NCBI GenBank assembly: GCA_964016885.1
Contig: OZ024751.1
Coordinates: 44,082,001 to 44,146,000, forward strand
Origin: Eledone cirrhosa
Taxonomy: Eukaryota
Length of the DNA: 64,000 nt
Reading direction: 5' to 3'
A program made the position numbers and the translations under genes. The first letter of the stretch is position 1; each line of letters opens with the position of its first letter. Below are positions 39,135 to 55,119 of this stretch, piece by piece. The notes under the pieces are model-generated. The model was not told the DNA's origin. It ran no database searches and saw only the letters and a program-made list of their open reading frames with translations.

Positions 39135-39553
39135 CTGTACTCTAGCTTCACTGAGATCGAGCCTCATAGCCAGCTCCTCTCGGGTGAACACATCCGGGTA
39201 TTGCGTCTTCTCGAACGATCGTTCTAACTGATGAAGCTGATACGTTGTAAATGTCGTGCGGCTACGTCGAATCTTGCGAGGTTTCGGGCTGGACACGCCA
39301 CCATCGTCACCATTCATGTGTCCACCTTGCATGAGGCTATCTCCGACACCCGGACTGGTGGCATCCTCAAGGCTCTGAGACGACTGCAAAGACGGGGGCT
39401 GGCATTGTTCTTTCATGCTGTCGGTCATGCTGTTGCTTTCATTGGCACCGTAAGGACACATATCTCCTGAAACCAAGGCCGAAGCTTCGTCGAAGTGGGT
39501 ACGGCTTGATACGTCTGTGCAGCTGTCAGCTGCGACAATATTAGGACACTCTC
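39135..39553 (-). CDS. hbn: Homeobrain-like exon with homeodomain residues 1-46
   Basis: [48 protein letters not shown]. Donor CAG|gtaagt at the canonical Q46/V47 intron position; probable acceptor attgcag| (phase 1). [15 protein letters not shown] and LSEAR match Hbn as I recall it, better than Rx or Arx. Confidence 0.85.
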
Positions 39554-39599
39554 CTGCAATTACATGAAGTAAGACAATAGTTTTAGAACATAAAGAAAC

Positions 39600-40340
39600 G
39601 ACAACAACAGCAACAGCAACTTCAATATCAACTTCAACATCAACATCATCAGCATCAACAACATAAACATCATAAACAACCACAACTTCAATATCATCAT
39701 CAACAACATCAACAACATCAACAACATCAACAACATCAACAACACCAACAACATAAACTACATAATCACCATCAACAACATAAATCATAAACAACCACAA
39801 CAACAATATAAACATCATCAACAACATCAACAACATCAACAACACCAACAACATAAACTACATAATCACCATCAACAACATAAATCATAAACAACCACAA
39901 CAACAATATAAACATCAACAACATCAACAACTTCAACAACATAAACCACATAAACTACATAATCACCATCAACAACATAAATCATAAACAACCACAACAA
40001 CAATATAAACATCAACAACAACATCAACAACTTCAACAACATAAACCACATAAACTACATAATCACCATCAACAACATAAATCATAAACAACCACAACAA
40101 CAATATAAACATCATCAACAACATCAACAACACCAACAACACCAACAACACCAACAACATAAACTACATAATCACCATCAACAACATAAATCATAAACAA
40201 CCACAACAACAATATAAACATCAACAACAACAACAACACCAACAACATAAACCACAAGATCAGCATCAAATACATTGTAAATAATATCAACATTAAATAA
40301 ATCAACAACAACACCAACAACACCAACAACATAAACTATA
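39600..40340. repeat. (AAC)-rich higher-order minisatellite
   Basis: Repeated aacataaactacataatcaccatcaacaac blocks. Confidence 0.9.
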
Positions 40341-40486
40341 TCAACACTAACAATTTAACAAAAACGACATCAACAATAACATCAACAACAACTTTTACAA
40401 CTATAATTAATATAAATAAAGACATGACTAGGTAATTAAATATTTGTATGTAATTACATATATTGGTGGGGACATGTGTATAATTG

Positions 40487-40544
<58 letters not shown>

Positions 40545-40981
40545 TCACAATGTCTCCGTTTCAAACTGTTTTGTTGTCTCCCAATGTACATGAAAATAAT
40601 AGTCTCAACCTTTATATACCGAAACTGTAGTAATTTCTAATGATTGACTGAGAAATGACATATATATATTGTCTTTGTCTCTAGCTGTTTTGCTCTGTCC
40701 CAATGTGCACTGGAATTAACAATATCAATATCAATAGATATATATATGTAAACCTTTATATATATATATATATATGATGTGAGAAAAACCACAGACCCTC
40801 CATCTCAACTCTACTTTTGAAAAGCAGAAGAACTGCGAAACCGGTAAAGGAACCAAATAAATATATATATTTAAAAAAAAAATAAGACTCTAGTTGCATT
40901 TTCGATTTCATCTTTTTTTCTTTATACTTTCACTCGTGTAGGACACCTCGGTTATTTTTCATTTTGTAAAAAAAAACTCAC

Positions 40982-41043
<62 letters not shown>

Positions 41044-41220
41044 GAAAACAGGGAGAAAGAGACGATTATGAGGAAGAAAAAAATATTTTTTTCCTTTTTT
41101 GTTTCTCTCCCTATTTTTTCTGGGTTAGAAAATGATTAAAAGGAAATGTTTTACTTTGTGTGAAGTGTTAAGGTATTAGTTGATTTATTTATTATTTAAC
41201 AATGGCATTTATTTATCTAT

Positions 41221-41256
<36 letters not shown>

Positions 41257-41471
41257 ATATATATATATATAATCGAGTGCACCTATTATTACTGTATATA
41301 TATATTCTACAGGGCTAGAACTATTTCATCCGTTTCCTACGAATCAAACAGTTCTATTCCTGTAGAAGCCATTTCTATATTAAATTTTGTATATACTCTA
41401 CTAAAGTATTGAGTACCTTACTTACAGTAGTTACACCGATTGAACCCGGGACTCACACACATATATATATA

Positions 41472-42212
41472 AGTATGTGTTCCTACATGTAATTAATACA
41501 CACAGGGATACAAGTATAGTCCGACCGTATGCCGGTCTGGTTCAATGGCAAGTTAATAAATTAGCAAGCCAGAACATATAAAATCAAGGGAAAGCAAATA
41601 AAGAAAAAATTTCAAAATAAATAAAAAATAATTCACTGTACTCACTATATGTGCCTTTACCGCGGTTTCAAATCCCAAACGAATAGACAATCCAGGCGGA
41701 TTTCTATTGAGAAAGAGATTATCGTCAGAAGGCATTTCTCTCTCGGAGAATATAAAATTCCCGAGTTAAAAATTTCAAATTGGTGCCATTCCAAACTGCC
41801 TTAGAATGAGAGCAAATGAATGATAAAGCAGTTTGTCATGGTATCGTGTGCAAAGGCGAGAGCACGGCGGACAAGTCAATCCTGTACTGCTAAAAATAGC
41901 AGCCATTCAGACGGTAGAGAAACCTTTAGCCGTCTGAATGGCTGCTATTTTTAGCAGTACAGGATTGATTTGTCCACCGTGCTCTCGCCTTTGCACACGG
42001 AATGGCGCCAGTTTGAAATGTTTAACCCGGGAATTTTATATTCTCCGAGAGAGAAATGCCTTCTGACGATAATCTCTTTCTCAATGAAAATCCGCCTGGA
42101 TTATCTATTCGTTTGGGATTTGAAGCCGCAGTAAAGGCACATATAGTAAGTACAGTGAATTTTTAAAAATTTATTTTGAAAATTTTTCTTTATTTGCTTT
42201 CCCTTGATTTTA
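41472..42212 (-). mobile_element. Family F fold-back element, ~290-340 bp arms
   Basis: 41576-41913 is inverted against ~41928-42212. The tail extends to ~41472 on the minus strand. Confidence 0.8.
41652..41734 (-). ncRNA. Family F type I hammerhead
   Basis: TGCCTT-CTGACGA-tAATCTC..GGGATTt-GAAA-CCGCGG-TA^AAGGCA. A mutated mirror copy lies at 42057-42139(+). Confidence 0.8.
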
Positions 42213-42329
42213 TATATATATATATATATATAATATATAATACAATTTCGCACGCATTCGTTCGTTCACATTCATTCACATTCATGCATAGGTACATGCA
42301 CAAGAGCCCACATAGATTCACAATAACAC

Positions 42330-42420
<91 letters not shown>

Positions 42421-42977
42421 TACACTCACACACAGACACACACACACACACATCCACACAGGCACATATACTGAATCATTATATACACACGGGTTTACCG
42501 AGAAAGCTGGACACTCGTGAACGTACAAATAAAAAAGGGAGATGTGTATAGAATGGAGAAAAGGAGGGAAAGAAAGAAGGAAAGAAAGGAAGAAAGAAAG
42601 AACGAAAGAACGAAAGAACGAAAGGAATACAATGAAAGAATAAAGAAATGAAAGAGAAAAAGGAGAAAGGAAGATAAAAGGATAAAGAAAACTGTATGGA
42701 ATAATGCCCTCATATGGGCATTAATTAATAATAGAGGGCGCTTCTATTCTTCTCCAATAATACGGCTGTGAATGCTATGAGTTAATTAACTGTGTATTAC
42801 TAGGCAGTCAGCCATTCAAAATGGCCACTTACCTAGCTGATTGACGGTAATAGCATCTCTATGGCTTTGACACAACGGCTAGCGTTCCGTCTACCTATGT
42901 ATGTATGGATGGATGGATGGATGTGTGTATGTGTGTATGTGTGTATGTATGTATGGATGGATGTGTGTATGTGTGTA

Positions 42978-43010
<33 letters not shown>

Positions 43011-43125
43011 ATGTATGTATGTATGTGTGTGTGTGTGTGTGTGTATATATGGATGGATGGATGGATGGATGTGTGTATGTGTGTATGTGTGTATGTATGT
43101 GTGTGTGTATGTATGTATGTATGTA

Positions 43126-43169
<44 letters not shown>

Positions 43170-43300
43170 GATGGATGGATGGATGGATGTGTGTATGTGT
43201 GTATGTATGTATGCTTGTGTGTATGTATGTATGTATGTATGTGTGTGTGTGTGTGTGTGTGTGTATGTATGCATGCATGTATGTATTACGTGTGTATGTT

Positions 43301-43352
<52 letters not shown>

Positions 43353-44206
43353 CCCCTACCTACGCACACACTCAAACACACACATCGAATACACATGCTC
43401 ATACTTCCATTCAACATCGCCCCCTTACACAGCCACGCCTTTCCTACACATAACCCACTCACACACCATCGATACATGTATACATACGTACGTACATACA
43501 TACTTACATATATACATATATACATACGTACGTACATTACATACATACATATACACATACATTCACACATACATACATACATACATATATATATACATAC
43601 ATACATACATATATATATACATACGTACGTACATACATACATACATACATACATACATACACACATACATTCATACATACATACATACATACATATATAT
43701 ATACATACGTACATACACACATACATATATACATACATACGTACGTACATACATACATACATAATACATACATACATACATACATACATACGTACGTACA
43801 TTACACACATACATACACACATACATTCATACATACATACATACACACATACATATATATATACATACGTACATACACACATACATATATACATACATAC
43901 ATACGTACGTACATACATACATACATAATACATACATACATACATATATACATACGTACGTACATTACACACATACATACACACATACATTCATACATAC
44001 ATACATACACACATACATATATATATACATACGTACATACACACATACATATATACATACATACGTACGTACATACATACATGCATGCATACATACATCC
44101 ATATATATATATATATACATATATACACACACACACAGATACATACATATATACATACATGCGTACATACATACATCCATATATATATATATATATATAC
44201 ATATAT

Positions 44207-44244
<38 letters not shown>

Positions 44245-44305
44245 TGATATATATATATGTGTGTGTGTGTATACAATGGTTATGCTATGGGCGTAGTTGT
44301 GTGAG

Positions 44306-44448
<143 letters not shown>

Positions 44449-44677
44449 TATATACAACCACACATTCATTCATACACACACAGACACATGCACACATATA
44501 TATGTATGAATGCATATATGTGTGTGTGCGTGTGCATTGCATTAGTGTGTATGTATTGACACCCGATATTGACCGTGTATATATGTACTAAGGTGGTGTG
44601 TGTGTGTGTGTGTGTGTGTAAGTTTGTATGTGGGTTGTTATGTGTCTGCATTTGCGTGTGTTGCATGGGCTAGCACG

Positions 44678-44825
<148 letters not shown>

Positions 44826-44915
44826 TGTATGTGTGTGTCTGTGAGTGTGTGTGTGCGCGCGTGTATGTATGGGTTGTTATGTGTCTGCATTTGCGTGTAT
44901 TGCATGGGCTAGCAC

Positions 44916-44951
<36 letters not shown>

Positions 44952-45035
44952 GTATATATATATATATATATATACATATATACGTATATATATATATATA
45001 TATATATACATACATATATATATATATATATATAC

Positions 45036-45288
<253 letters not shown>

Positions 45289-45536
45289 GTGTGTGTGAGT
45301 GTGTGTGTGCGCGCGTGTATGTATGGGTTGGCGCGGTGTAATTGCTGTGTTAAGCGACCTGTGTCATTACATTATCAGCGCCAGTTAGAGCGAGCACTTA
45401 TTTAGATGGGGCGGAGAGGAAAAGAAGGGTAAAAAGTTATGGGTAGGGGTATTAACTTAAGGCGCCATTATTTCTTCATGGCAACATACTTGGGACTGGG
45501 GGAGAGACGAACAGACAGACCGAATGACACACGCAT

Positions 45537-45577
<41 letters not shown>

Positions 45578-45579
45578 GA

Positions 45580-45684
<105 letters not shown>

Positions 45685-45923
45685 GCAGGTGTGTGTCTAT
45701 ATATCCCAACATGGTGAACTGAACCCACGTGTTCTTCTCCCAAATTTCCCGTCCCTTCCTCTTCTCAATCTCCTTTCTGTTTCATGTTTATTTATCATCC
45801 AATTTTCTGATGAAGAACAAGCGTCCGAAACGTTTAGACACTTTTCCTACTAAATAAAGCGCTAAACTAATATGTATGTACATTTTACTGCAGTTTGAGT
45901 TGTTGCTAACCGTTTACTTTTCG

Positions 45924-46234
<311 letters not shown>

Positions 46235-46962
46235 CGACAGGTAGAGAGAGAGAGCGACAGAGAGAGAGAGCGCGCGACAGATAGAGAGAGAGAGCGACAC
46301 AGAGAGAGAGAGAGAGAGCGCGACAGAGAGAGAGAGAGAGTGTGGGAGAAATAGATAGATAAATATTTGAGAAAATCGTGTAACATTACAATATTTTCTC
46401 AATAATTATTTATAGTAATCGATTATTCTTATAGACATTAGCATCAATACAACATCATTGTAGAAATGGTTGTGATATCGTGATATCCAGTAAACAGCTG
46501 CTGATATAAATATTTGTCTGTTTAACTCTGTTTTTCCAGGGTATGTTCTCATCACGTGATCAAATTTTGATTATATATATATACATATACACACACACAG
46601 ACACACACATATATATATATATATTTAGATATATGTTTATATATATATACATATATGTGTGTATATATATATACATATATATGTGTATATATATATACAC
46701 ACACACACACAGACACACACATATATATATATTTAGATATATGTTTATATATATATACATATATATTTATATATATATGTGTATATATATATACACATGT
46801 ATATGTGTATATATATATATACACACACACACAGAGACACACACATATATATATATATATATTTAGATATATGTTTATATATATATACATATATATTTAT
46901 ATATATATATGTGTATATATATATACACATATATATGTGTATACACACACACACACACACAT

Positions 46963-47008
<46 letters not shown>

Positions 47009-47299
47009 ATATACATATACACACACACATACATATATATATATTGGAAAATGTGTGAGATCGTTGGTAAGTTAGGTATATTTGAAAATAAAAAAGGAAA
47101 AGAATGACTTCACTTGTAGTTCTAAATAATTTGATTTAATTTTATCATATAATATTATGAGCTATGCCCATATGTGTTAGAAAGATCACGTGATCTCTTC
47201 TATCCTTGTCAAGGGGAGTGCTAACCGTCTCTCCTTTTTTGAAAAATAGTCTTAGCAGCTTCACGCTTTCTACACACACACACATATATATATATATAT

Positions 47300-47684
47300 A
47301 CGATATTAACAAAATATTTATAAAACCATATTTATTTCATTATACATATTTCAAGGACACCAAGTTAAATTATGGTGTGCTTTCATCAGATAAAATATAA
47401 TATAGATCAGTTTTATAAATAAATATTGACATACCCTTAAAGAATGCAACCATTGCTGTTGGAAGCTCTATATTATATATAGATCTATATTATATTTTAT
47501 CTGATGAAAGCACACCTTAATTTAACTTGGTGTCCTTGAAATATGTATAATGAAATAAATATGGTTTTATAAATATAGTTTCCATTTGTTAATATCGTAT
47601 TTTTACTCCAATAATTTGTTGAGTGCTTTATATCAGTTATAAAAATATTTGCTTGTTGTATCCCAACAATTTAAATAGAACTTT

Positions 47685-47687
<3 letters not shown>
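47300..47687 (+). mobile_element. Family D fold-back element
   Basis: Hammerhead at 47493-47557(+) and a mirror at ~47333-47397(-). The arms are unequal in length. Confidence 0.8.
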
Positions 47688-47720
<33 letters not shown>

Positions 47721-47927
47721 AATTTTAGTACAGCATTAACGAAGCTTTAGTTCGCGGCCAAGCTAACGAATGCAAATTTGGTATGTAGCTTTAGCACTCG
47801 GATGGGGAAAAGTACCCCAGAGTAATAACAATACGTTTAGACAGCTTAGCAAATCAAATATAGCGATCGGCAGTCTAGCCGCATCACTAAAGCAACGAAA
47901 ATACAGGACTCAGGAAAAGATTTTAGA

Positions 47928-48000
<73 letters not shown>

Positions 48001-48249
48001 ATAAATTAACGGAGGCATAGGCCGTCGTTATTCCCTGTAAATAATGTGCTCAAAGGGGAAGAGATCCTGAGCCCTTTAGAATATATGTTGAGAAGGTAAC
48101 ACACCAGAGAGAGATATACAGTGCGTTATCAATAATACAGGGAAAAAACCACCATATATATATATTTAAACCACGAAGCTACTAAGACTATTTGAACCTC
48201 TGATTTGTTGTTTCTTTGAACCATATATATATATATATATATATATATA

Positions 48250-48404
48250 GTAATAAATTTGAAGCCTAAAATCCAAAGAGGGCTCGATAAGGATAAATAT
48301 ATTTCAAATATATAAGAACCGTAGAGCAAATATTTATTAAAATAACAGATTAAAGTTTAAGCAAAGAATCGGTGCTTTCACCCTTAACGGGATCTTCTGA
48401 AACT
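48250..48404 (-). mobile_element. Family H element with variant hammerhead (48354-48404)
   Basis: AGTTT-CAGAAGA-tCCC gttaa GGGt-GAAA-GCA..TGC-TT^AAACT. Confidence 0.7.
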
Positions 48405-48477
48405 AAAAAAGCCAATCTGTGAACGCAGAAGTAAATATATATATATATATATATATGCATTATGAATGTATATATTA

Positions 48478-48562
<85 letters not shown>

Positions 48563-48699
48563 GTATGTATATATGTATATATATATCTATAAATGTATGT
48601 ATATAGATTTACATGTTTCTTTGATTACCAATATATTAGTCTTATATGATGATGATTAGGATGATGTTGATGATGATGATGCCGAGGAGGACGGTGTGG

Positions 48700-48730
<31 letters not shown>

Positions 48731-49034
48731 CTATAAACTAGAGAAATCGATCGGAACAGTTTTTTTTCACTCAATTGAATCACCGCAAGGTATGATGGGA
48801 AACATGTTTTGTCATTCATGTAAAGAGGAAAGAGATTTCAGTTGAACGATAAATAAATAAATAAATAAATAAATAATGAAATAAATAAAATAAATAAATA
48901 ATGAAATAAATAAATAAAATAAATAAATAATGAAATGAATAAATAAAATAAATGAAATAAAATCAAATATAGGAATAAATGTATAACAAAAAGATAAACA
49001 CTAAAATTCTTAAAGATCTTAAATAGGATATGTC

Positions 49035-49082
<48 letters not shown>

Positions 49083-49319
49083 AGAAGAAGAAGAAGAAGA
49101 AGAAGAAGGAGAAGAAAAAAATAGAAAAAGAAAAAGAAAAAGAAAAAGAAAAAGAAGAAGAAGAAGAATGACAGGTGTGTTAAAATAACAGGAAGTTTAC
49201 CTGTTGTATTCACCTTAAATTGCTCAAGGTTTATCAATCTATTTACTTTGTTTTAGATCGTCATTTTCTTCCTTCCGCAATACTTTCTAGATATATAGTT
49301 TTGTTTCTGTTTAGTTGTT

Positions 49320-49398
<79 letters not shown>

Positions 49399-49500
49399 GC
49401 ACTCACACTTTCTCACAAACACTTTCTCTCAATATATATATATATATATACGTGTATATATGTGTATGTATGTATGTATGTATATATATATATATATATA

Positions 49501-49705
49501 GGAAAAGGTTCAGGACCCCGACGGCAGAGCTCAAGCCGTTTCGACGGCTATTTCTGGATTTCTTGAGTCCAGAAATAGCCGTCGAAACGGCTTGAGCTCT
49601 ACCGTCGGGGTCCTGAACCTTTTCCCATTACCCACTCTACTACCCTAAGTATCGAGTACTCTGGTGCGTTATGGTCCACCTGGTTCCTTACCACACATCC
49701 TTCGT
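49501..49705 (+). mobile_element. Family A fold-back element
   Basis: Both arms share the private end ggtcctgaaccttttcc. Confidence 0.85.
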
Positions 49706-49713
49706 TATATATA

Positions 49714-49788
<75 letters not shown>

Positions 49789-49864
49789 GTGTTTGTGTAT
49801 ATATATATAAACATATCTTAAAAAGAAGAAAACTATTCTACCTCACCCTCAATTAAAAATTATG

Positions 49865-50290
49865 TCTACTACACGGAACTCTCTTCCAATACCCCTCTCT
49901 ATATCAATTACCACCAAACTCTCCCTCCTCTCTATATCAACTACACAGAACTCTCTTCCAATCCCGCTCTCTATATGGATTAACATCAAACTCTCCCCCT
50001 CTCTATATCTATTATATGGAATTCTCCTCTAATCTCCCTCTCTATATCAAATACCACTAAACACTCCCCCTATCTATATTTACTACAAGGAACTCTCTTC
50101 CAATACCACTCTCTATATCAATTAACACAAAACTCCCTCCTCTCTATATCAACTACACAGAACTCTCTTTAAATACCACTCTCTATATAAATTACCACCA
50201 AACTCTCCCCCACTCTATATCAACTACGCAGAACTCTCTTCCAATCCCCCTCTCTATATCAATTAACAACTAACTCTCGCCCTCTCTATA
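49865..50290. repeat. ~38-bp diverged minisatellite
   Basis: ctctctatatcaa..actctc units. Confidence 0.8.
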
Positions 50291-50468
50291 CTTATATGTA
50301 CATAAAAAAGAAGAGGTGGGGAGCGAGAAATAGTGTGAGAAAGAGGTGACAGAAGCAGAATAGTCTCGGTGGTGGAGTGGTGCTTTGTTTATCGACCTCG
50401 AATGGATGAGAGACAAAGTTCACCCCGAAAGGTTTCACAATATATTTTCATAAATAATTTTAAGTTGA

Positions 50469-50479
<11 letters not shown>

Positions 50480-50505
<26 letters not shown>

Positions 50506-50531
50506 CCACACTTTTTCACTCTCTCACACTC

Positions 50532-50598
<67 letters not shown>

Positions 50599-51003
50599 GT
50601 ATATATATATATATATATATACCACACTTTTTCACTCTCTCACACTCTATTTCTCTCCCCCTCTCTCTCTCTCTCTCTCTGTATATATATATATATATGC
50701 CACACTCTTTCACTCTCTCACACTCTATTTATCTCTCTCTCTCCCTCTCTCTCTATATATATATATATTATATACCACACTCTTTCACTCTCTCACACTC
50801 TATTTATCTCTCTTTCCCTCTCTCTCTCTGTATATATATATATATATACCACACTCTTTCACTCTCTCACACTCTATTTATCTCTCTCTCTCTCTGTATA
50901 TATATTATATACCACACTCTTTCACTCTCTCACACTCTATTTATCTCTCTCTCTCTCTGTATATATATTATATACCACACTCTTTCACTCTCTCACACTC
51001 TAT

Positions 51004-51075
<72 letters not shown>

Positions 51076-51823
51076 CACACTTTTTCACTCTCTCACACTC
51101 TATTTATCTCTCTCTCTCTCTCTCTGTATATATATATATATATATATATACCACACTCTTTCACTCTCTCACACTCTATTTATCTCTCTCTCCCTCTCTC
51201 TCTCTCTGTATATATATTATATACCACACTCTTTCACTCTCTCACACTCTATTTATCTCTCTCTCTCTCTGTATATATATTATATACCACACTCTTTCAC
51301 TCTCTCCCTCTCTCTCTCTCTTTATATAATATATATATATCTCTCTCTCTCTCCTTCACACACACACACACATACACAATGTCTTACCCCGTCTCTCTCT
51401 CGTAGTAGTATAGATTCAGCTTCGAAATATAATATATACACACACTCTTTATAAATGAAAAGAACGTTCACCTGTCCTTATGAGTTTGTGTGTATGTTCG
51501 TGTGTGTGTGTGTGTGTGTGTTTGTTTCTGTGTATGTTTGTATGTATGTGTATGTTCGTGTGTGTGTGTGTGTTTGTTTCTGTGTATGTTTGTATGTGTG
51601 TGTATGTTCGTGTGTGTGTGTGCGTGTTTGTTTCTGTGTATGTTTGTATGTGTGTGTATGTTCGTGTGTGTGTGTGTTTGTTTCTGTGTATGTTTGTATG
51701 TGTGTGTATGTTCGTGTGTGCGTGTGTGTGTTTGTTTCTGTGTATGTTTGTATGTGTGTGTATGTTCGTGTGTGTGCGTGTGTGTGTTTGTTTCTGTGTA
51801 TGTTTGTATGTGTGTGTATGTTC

Positions 51824-51854
<31 letters not shown>

Positions 51855-51924
51855 TTTCTGTGTATGTTTGTATGTGTGTGTATGTTCGTGTGTGTGTGTG
51901 TGTGTGTGTGTTTCTGTGTATGTT

Positions 51925-51971
<47 letters not shown>

Positions 51972-52020
51972 CTGTGTATGTTTGTATGTGTGTGTATGTT
52001 CGTGTTGTGTGTGTGTATGT

Positions 52021-52077
<57 letters not shown>

Positions 52078-52160
52078 TTTCTGTGTATGTTTGTATGTAT
52101 CGTGTGTGTGTGTATGTGTCTGTGTTTGTTTCTGTGTATGTTTGTATGTGTGTATATGTT

Positions 52161-52200
<40 letters not shown>

Positions 52201-52350
52201 TTTCTGTGTATGTTTCTATGTGTGCATATGTGTGTGTGTGTATGTTTGTATGTTTGTTTGTGTGTATTTGTTTCTGTGTATGTTTCTATGTGTGTGTATG
52301 TTTCTATGTGTGCATATGTGTGTGTGTGTGTGTATGTTTGTATGTGTGTG
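50480..52350. repeat. Two compound minisatellites: (CT)/(TA)-ccacactctttcactc and (GT)-tttctgtgtatgtt
   Basis: Visible tandem units. Confidence 0.9.
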
Positions 52351-52526
52351 TGTGCGTATTTTATGAATATGAGAAAACGAAGCTAACAGCAGACGTAGGA
52401 TATAAATATCAATTGAGCCAAGTGAAGCCATTAAGGTGATACTATAAGTTTCCATGGGTACACGTAACGTGTTTCTTCAGTCAGTCATGAAATTGTAGGC
52501 TCGGCTTAATAGTTACAGCTGAGTGA

Positions 52527-52570
<44 letters not shown>

Positions 52571-52596
52571 ACATATATATATATATGTTCACTATA

Positions 52597-52649
<53 letters not shown>

Positions 52650-52858
52650 ATGCATATATATATATGAATATATATATATATGTATATGTATATATATGTA
52701 TATGTATATATATGTATATATATATATGTATGTATATATATGTATATGTATATATATAAATGGATATATATATATATATATGTATATATGTATATATATA
52801 ATTATACATATATAGCTTAATTTGTAATCAATTCAAATATACATACATACATATATAC

Positions 52859-52940
<82 letters not shown>

Positions 52941-52969
52941 GTATATATATGTATATATATATGTATATA

Positions 52970-53047
<78 letters not shown>

Positions 53048-53412
53048 TGTGTATATGTGCATGTGTATATACGTGTAGTATACATTACTATTTTCTGTCA
53101 AATACTGCTGTATATCTTCACTATAATTATCTGGTCTTTCCCTCTCATGTGATGTCTCATCTGATATCTATTATTTCAACTGAACGTTGATTTATCTTAT
53201 TAATCTCGCGTCTGTGTGATATCAATTCCTACGATATTATATAACGCAGCCAAACATACGCATGCGCATTCAAAAGCTCGGTCACCGACATTCAAAAGCT
53301 CAAAATACGCAAAACATTTTACACTGAACCCTTTCTAATAGAAGAACCTGTCAATGGTTTTCAAAGAGCCTTGGAAGACTAAAGCGGTGTCCACCCTGTT
53401 ACGAGTGTTTAG

Positions 53413-53697
53413 CCCTTTAGCATTCACGTCGATAAAATAAAGTACCAGTAATGCACTGGTTAATTGCTGGCCTTGTGCCTAAAGTAGAAACACTTATTTT
53501 ATATATACTATTATATTTTTATGATAAAGGCTTTACCTCACATAATTATCTCACATAATATCGAATCTATGAGATTTTGAAAGTATTTATTTTGAGAACA
53601 ATACCTTAACATCAATTTGAGCGACCAGTTACAGCCAGTTTCAACAGAAAGAGGTAGAGAATTCTGGCCGGTTTTGGCCAGTTTGAGCATTAAAGGG
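53413..53697. mobile_element. Possible piggyBac-type MITE containing a SINE 3' fragment
   Basis: ttag-CCCTTTAG...TTAAAGGG-ttaa termini. Confidence 0.45.
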
Positions 53698-54571
53698 TTA
53701 AAGCAGGTGTCAGGTTTGTAGAGGACACAAAAGGGGTTTAATCACTGTCCTCCCCTCAGCTCTGACTGAACCTTAAAACAACCACAAACCACCACCACCA
53801 CCACGACAACAACAGCCACCACCACTACTACCACTACCACAACTACAATCACCACCACTACTACCACAAAAACTGCCACCACTACTACCACCACAACAAC
53901 CACTACCACTTCTACCACCACTACAACTACCATCACTACTACCACCACCACCACCACTACCACCACAACCACCACTACAGCCATCACTATTACCACCACC
54001 ACCACCACCACCACTACAACCATCACCATTACCACCACCACCACCACCACCACCATCACTATAACCACCACCATCACCAGCACCACTGCTACTACTACCA
54101 CCACCACCACTACTACCACCACCACCACCACTATTACCTGTACCACCACTATAACCACCATCACTACCACTACGACCACTACTACCCCCTCCCCCCACCA
54201 CCATTAGCACCACCATCACAACAACAACAACAACAACAACTACAATACATACACAGACATAATTTTACGGGTGCTCACACAGAGAACCAAATAAAAATTA
54301 CAAATATACTCCCCCTACATATATAAGTACCTCCTCTCTCTCCCCCTCCCGCAGTAAAGAGACCCCTCATTCTGCCTCTCGCTAAGGTCCTCAACAGTGG
54401 AACCTTAATGTTCCGCTTGATTGCACTTAGACAGGTTTTTCTCAACTGTGTTGATTACTTAATTACATACTTCAATCAACATACGTGTCCGCTTGGTTGG
54501 AGGTTAATATAACAGCAACAGCAGCAGTAGCAACAGCAGCAGCAGTAGTAGTAGTGGTAGTAGTGGTAGTG

Positions 54572-54614
<43 letters not shown>

Positions 54615-54706
54615 CAGGGTCACTCATATGGAAACATTGTCAATACTTAATGTCTCATATCTGTTGGTCTATTCACACATACACACACATATACATACAT
54701 CCCCAT

Positions 54707-54740
<34 letters not shown>

Positions 54741-54745
54741 GTAAA

Positions 54746-55119
54746 TAAATATACACGGGTCTGTATGATTGTGTATAGAAGATTATATTAATAAAGGGAA
54801 TTCCAACTTTGTCTGATTTACTCGTTTTATTTACAATCTTTAAAATTATAATGATATTATAATTGTTTCTACTTTAGGCACAAGGCCAGCAATTACCCAG
54901 TGCATTACTGGTACTTTATTTTATCGACCCCGTAAGGATGAAAGGCAAAGTTAACCCCGGCGGGATTTGAACTCAGAATGGCAAGGACCGTAACTATATG
55001 CATCAAAGCAATGAAATAGTATGGTAGAATATTAAATGTTAATTGAACAAGTACTTTCATGCTTTCGCAATCTTCAGGTTCATAACCAGTGGTGACAGTC
55101 AAGTTTGCAATTTTCGACT
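54746..55119 (-). mobile_element. Family E arm interrupted by a type 1 SINE (54861-55009, -)
   Basis: The flanks align to 59998-60231. Minimal hammerhead at 55044-55082(-). Confidence 0.8.

Noticed and set aside
42825-42895. Minus-strand donor AG|GTAAGT as hbn coding exon 1
   Set aside because: The phase-1 frame has an upstream stop and no ATG. It could be at most a non-coding exon.
45801-45841. CTGATGA..GAAACGTT minimal hammerhead-like motif
   Set aside because: Stems I and II pair poorly. Probably a decayed PLE-type motif, so not called as a ribozyme.
49195-49240. Phase-1 donor ACAG|GTAAAC as an hbn exon
   Set aside because: Weak donor, in-frame stop close upstream, no ATG.
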